From Candidatus Poribacteria bacterium (GTDB lineage: Bacteria; Poribacteria; WGA-4E; JAJDTR01): a DNA stretch of 64,000 nt. Within the stretch, counting starts at the first letter, position 1. The number at the start of each line of letters is the position of its first letter. The translations under genes were made by a program, and so were the position numbers. The DNA is taken from the NCBI GenBank assembly GCA_965222225.1, contig CBDCTK010000002.1, positions 4,864,001-4,928,000 of the forward strand, given 5' to 3'. Positions 60,731 to 64,000 of the stretch are shown here, one piece after another. The notes beneath the pieces are model-generated. The model ran no database searches, was not told the origin of the DNA, and saw only the letters and a list, made by a program, of their open reading frames with translations.

Positions 60731-63205
60731 CTAGTCAATGGGAATCGTTCCATTCGCCGAAGAAGAGGAAGATTGATTCATGTCTCCCGATGAATCACGT
60801 TTCAAAGTGAGGTAGAAACGACTGCCTTTACCAATTTCGCTTTTCGCCCAGATTTGACCACCGTGCAGTTCGACTAGATTCTTGACAATCGGCAATCCTA
60901 AACCGATTCCACCGACAGAACCGCTTTTGGAATTAGTTGCCCGGTGAAAGCGATCAAAAATGAAGTTCACATCCGTGTCGGGAATGCCCACTCCCGTATC
61001 TTCAATACACACTTGGATTTCTTGCTTGGATGGAACTGCGACACTCACTTGAATGCGTCCGTCATGTCCGGTATATTTGACGCCGTTATCCAGCAGATTC
61101 GTCAAGATCTGTTTCATCTTGTCAGTGTCCACCAATGCGATGACATCGGGAGGGCAGTCGAGTCTAACACAAATCCCTTTCTGACTTGCCGCCGATTGCA
61201 TCCCGTCAACCGCTTCCTCAAGAATGGGTCGAAGCTGGAGCGGTTCTAGCTGCAGCGTCATCTTTCCCGACTCGATGCGTGAAAGGTCGAGCAAGTCGTT
61301 GATGAGTCGAATCAATCGATCGCAATTTTCCTCCACACGTAGCAAATAATCCTCTTGTTTTTCCGAAATCTTGCCTCCAACACCATCTAGCATGTTATCC
61401 ACAAAACCCTTAATATGCGTTAATGGGGTTCGGAGTTCATGAGAGACGTTGTCGAGAAACTGAGATTTGAGACGGTCCAACTGCATAAGTTGGTCGTGAC
61501 TATCTTTGAGGGCATCGGAAATATTGTTGAAATCTGAAACAAGATCCTTGCCCATTTCATTTCCAAACCAAGTTTCAGATTGCCCATTAGCTGGCATTAT
61601 ACCCCCGTAAGTATTTAGGTAGGTCGCCATCAATTGCTTGCGTGCCTGCTCCATCGCCTCTGTCCGAGCGTTCAACTGGGCGTACAGCGTTGCGTTTTCG
61701 ACTGCCGTGGCGCCTTGATGCGCGAGAATCCCAAGCAGGTCGAGATCCGATTGGGTGTAAGGTTCTTCCGATAGTTTCTCGCCGAGCACAAGCAGTCCAA
61801 CAAGATTTTCTTGATTTTTCGTTCGCGTCACAAAAGGAATCCACACCGCAGAGCCCAGCAGAGATAGAAGATTGTCTGATGAAGCGTCCGAAGGTGCCTC
61901 TATATTGAGTATTTCAATGCTATTCTCATCAAATGGTATGTTTGTAAAATCGAGAGGTTTTTTCGTGCTTTTCAACAAATCTACCAATGGTTGCGACAAC
62001 CTCAGATGTGTTCCGGTAGGTAGCATTTCCATACCGACATATGCCTCGGGCAAAAATTGCGACTCATCGGAAGACGTCCGCTGCATCAAAACACCTCGAC
62101 TAATATGCATCGCTTCGGTTACTTGTCGCAAGAGAGTGTAAACGAGGATTTCCAAGTCGAGGATGGAATGAAGCGTCTGGCTCAATGTTAAAAGCGTCTG
62201 GCGGTAATTGTATGCTTCACGGTCAAATGCACGATCTATCAGCTTCTGAATACGAGTCTTGGCGGGCGCAAAAAGCAGTGCGGCTGTGAGCACGGATACC
62301 GCGGTCAACGCCCATGAACGGGTCGGCCTATGGAAAAACAGTGTTAAGCCTTGAATACACAACAGATAGATGACTAACGCGAAACCGCTTACCAGCGTGT
62401 AAACCACGCTCCGATTGATGATTAACTCGATATTCATCAACCGGTGTCGAATGATTGCGACGACGTAGCATGTTGGAATTAAGCACAGCGTGTAGGCAGA
62501 GAACCGTACAGAGGGAATTGAAATGTCCGTTACTCTAGGTATAGCTAGGAAGATTGCTTGTGGTAGTGTGCCGGCAACGATTCCAAGTAACAACCATCGC
62601 GCTTGGCGGCGTTGAGACGCCGAGGGTGCCGCGAAACACGTATGCAATAGTAACAGTTGCCCAATAGTCGAATAGAGGAAAAGAAAACCGACCGCAACAC
62701 CTTCCAAGGACGGAAGTTGTATGAGAAAAAACTCTCGATCGTAGTTTTGTCCGCTGAAGTAGAGAAACGTCATGGCGAAGACAAGGACAACACCCGGTAC
62801 GTAAAGAATTTTCAACAACCATGTGTGGTGCTGAACTATACGCTTCTCTGATGGGAAGATGGCAAAGCAGTGGAGAAAAAGGCAGGGCAGAATGGCTGCC
62901 GCGACAAATTGCGCAATTGGCACAATTCGACTACTTAACGTTCCTTCATTGACAGAGAATGTTGCGTCAACGGAGCAGGCGCTCATGAAGCCCAGACTCA
63001 TCAGGTAGGAAATTCGTGCAGCACGATTGTCAGGCTGCTGCATCCACGCGAGCGCTGCCACCACCCAAGTGAGGAGCCCGACTAGATAAAAATAGCTTGT
63101 TTCAGGAGTATCGCGTGCTTCGGCGAAGCTCCGTGTCCCGACGATGAGGTAGACGCCGGAAGCGGCAATGTAGAATACGGTGGTAAGATCGCGTTGGATT
63201 TTCAT
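60731..63205 (-). CDS. Multi-TM sensor histidine kinase with GAF domain
   Basis: Many TM segments, GAF, SHELRTPL, NLLDNGVKY, DTGVGI, G.GLGL. Confidence 0.93.
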   Translation of the reverse strand: MKIQRDLTTVFYIAASGVYLIVGTRSFAEARDTPETSYFYLVGLLTWVVAALAWMQQPDNRAARISYLMSLGFMSACSVDATFSVNEGTLSSRIVPIAQFVAAAILPCLFLHCFAIFPSEKRIVQHHTWLLKILYVPGVVLVFAMTFLYFSGQNYDREFFLIQLPSLEGVAVGFLFLYSTIGQLLLLHTCFAAPSASQRRQARWLLLGIVAGTLPQAIFLAIPRVTDISIPSVRFSAYTLCLIPTCYVVAIIRHRLMNIELIINRSVVYTLVSGFALVIYLLCIQGLTLFFHRPTRSWALTAVSVLTAALLFAPAKTRIQKLIDRAFDREAYNYRQTLLTLSQTLHSILDLEILVYTLLRQVTEAMHISRGVLMQRTSSDESQFLPEAYVGMEMLPTGTHLRLSQPLVDLLKSTKKPLDFTNIPFDENSIEILNIEAPSDASSDNLLSLLGSAVWIPFVTRTKNQENLVGLLVLGEKLSEEPYTQSDLDLLGILAHQGATAVENATLYAQLNARTEAMEQARKQLMATYLNTYGGIMPANGQSETWFGNEMGKDLVSDFNNISDALKDSHDQLMQLDRLKSQFLDNVSHELRTPLTHIKGFVDNMLDGVGGKISEKQEDYLLRVEENCDRLIRLINDLLDLSRIESGKMTLQLEPLQLRPILEEAVDGMQSAASQKGICVRLDCPPDVIALVDTDKMKQILTNLLDNGVKYTGHDGRIQVSVAVPSKQEIQVCIEDTGVGIPDTDVNFIFDRFHRATNSKSGSVGGIGLGLPIVKNLVELHGGQIWAKSEIGKGSRFYLTLKRDSSGDMNQSSSSSANGTIPID

Positions 63206-63335
63206 CGCGAAGTTTCGGAGGGTATAGAATCAGCTAGTGTAACTTTCGTTTCTTTACATCAGTACATCTACTTGTCGGTTTATTATGATTAGGTAAATAT
63301 TCTTGAAAAGATTATCTTTTATGCGTCAATTCACA

Positions 63336-64000
63336 TCACGTTTCGATATCTTGTATAAACGCCCGTGTTTGCGGCACGTCGTCTGTCCACAATCTTCGAA
63401 TTCCATTCTTCAGTGCCCACTCAACATCACGCCGGTTCCGAACGAATCCGCCTTCTATGGAGATTCCTTCCGCGTTGAGTTGCCCAACTTTTCGAGGCAG
63501 CGACCGAGTGATCAGGTTGTATAAAGCAAAATGATTCAAGCCGCTCCATCCGATAATAATTCGGTTTGCGTTGATGAGTTTGGCGGATCTGAGAAAATTT
63601 GCCATTGGATTGAGAATAATCGCACTTGTATTGATATTGGGCGCGATTTGCTTGACGTGAGTTAGCACCTGCCGGTGCATATAAAACGTCAACACACTTA
63701 TCTTATCTTCAAGGTTAAATCGCTGTATCCGATCTACCAAAATAGAGGTGAGTTTTTCCGAGCTGCATTTCGGCTCTACGAAGCAGGGCAGCCCTGTCTC
63801 TTCAACAAACGCCAACATTTGGTCGAGGTGTGCCACGGGCTGCTTCGAATCCAGTACATTGAGATTCTGAACATCTACCCAGTCCAATTCACGAAGCGGC
63901 GTCGCACAGCCCGTCACCGGTTCAATGTTGTCATCGTCGAACTTCGCGTGAATTAGAATCGGCACCTCGTCCCGCGTTAGACAGACATCGCACTCGAAGG
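63336..64000 (-). CDS. Glycerophosphodiester phosphodiesterase family protein (5' partial)
   Basis: Frame open to the window edge: FECDVCLTRDEVPILIH; FVEPK; C-terminal G...WTD. Confidence 0.8.
   Translation of the reverse strand, partial: FECDVCLTRDEVPILIHAKFDDDNIEPVTGCATPLRELDWVDVQNLNVLDSKQPVAHLDQMLAFVEETGLPCFVEPKCSSEKLTSILVDRIQRFNLEDKISVLTFYMHRQVLTHVKQIAPNINTSAIILNPMANFLRSAKLINANRIIIGWSGLNHFALYNLITRSLPRKVGQLNAEGISIEGGFVRNRRDVEWALKNGIRRLWTDDVPQTRAFIQDIET

Noticed and set aside
88-63956. Many short antisense or overlapping ORFs in the six-frame track
   Set aside because: They shadow well-supported genes and show no recognisable motifs.

Overview
64-kb window of a diderm bacterium. The mix of an ASPIC/UnbV FG-GAP protein, PhyH dioxygenases, ankyrin proteins, urease and a Gly-rich secretin suggests Candidatus Poribacteria or a PVC-like marine lineage; this is inference, not a database result. 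Layout: (1) 2-7 kb: a minus-strand envelope module with two Spy/CpxP-like proteins, a hidden stop-interrupted YXWGXW-repeat gene, a GspC-like protein and a lone GspD secretin, behind a sigmaE-type promoter. (2) 9.4-22.4 kb: a sigma54/NtrC-type urea cluster (porin-urtABCD-[AAA/TOPRIM ATPase + four-helix-bundle insert]-urtE-ureDABC). (3) 22.7-36.2 kb: an all-plus-strand accessory/defence island (HicAB-like pair, RNase HI, CPBP protease, GIY-YIG nuclease, DUF2321-TIR fusion, three HEPN-like proteins, frameshifted type IIG R-M), followed by rtcB. (4) 38-47 kb: msrP, dppA, a second TIR protein and an ATP-grasp/PhyH/oxidoreductase/methyltransferase run. (5) 48-64 kb: mostly housekeeping genes (tatA, tmk, holB, metG, recX, alaS, larB, a sensor kinase, GDPD). 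The main unexplained signal is a dispersed ~38-nt intergenic repeat (GGGATCAA-CGA-GAATA-CGAGTGCGATAG-ATCCC) at eight loci, twice joined to a shared ~120-bp tail. No tRNA, rRNA, CRISPR array, integrase or transposase was recognised. Protein family calls come from motifs read by eye.
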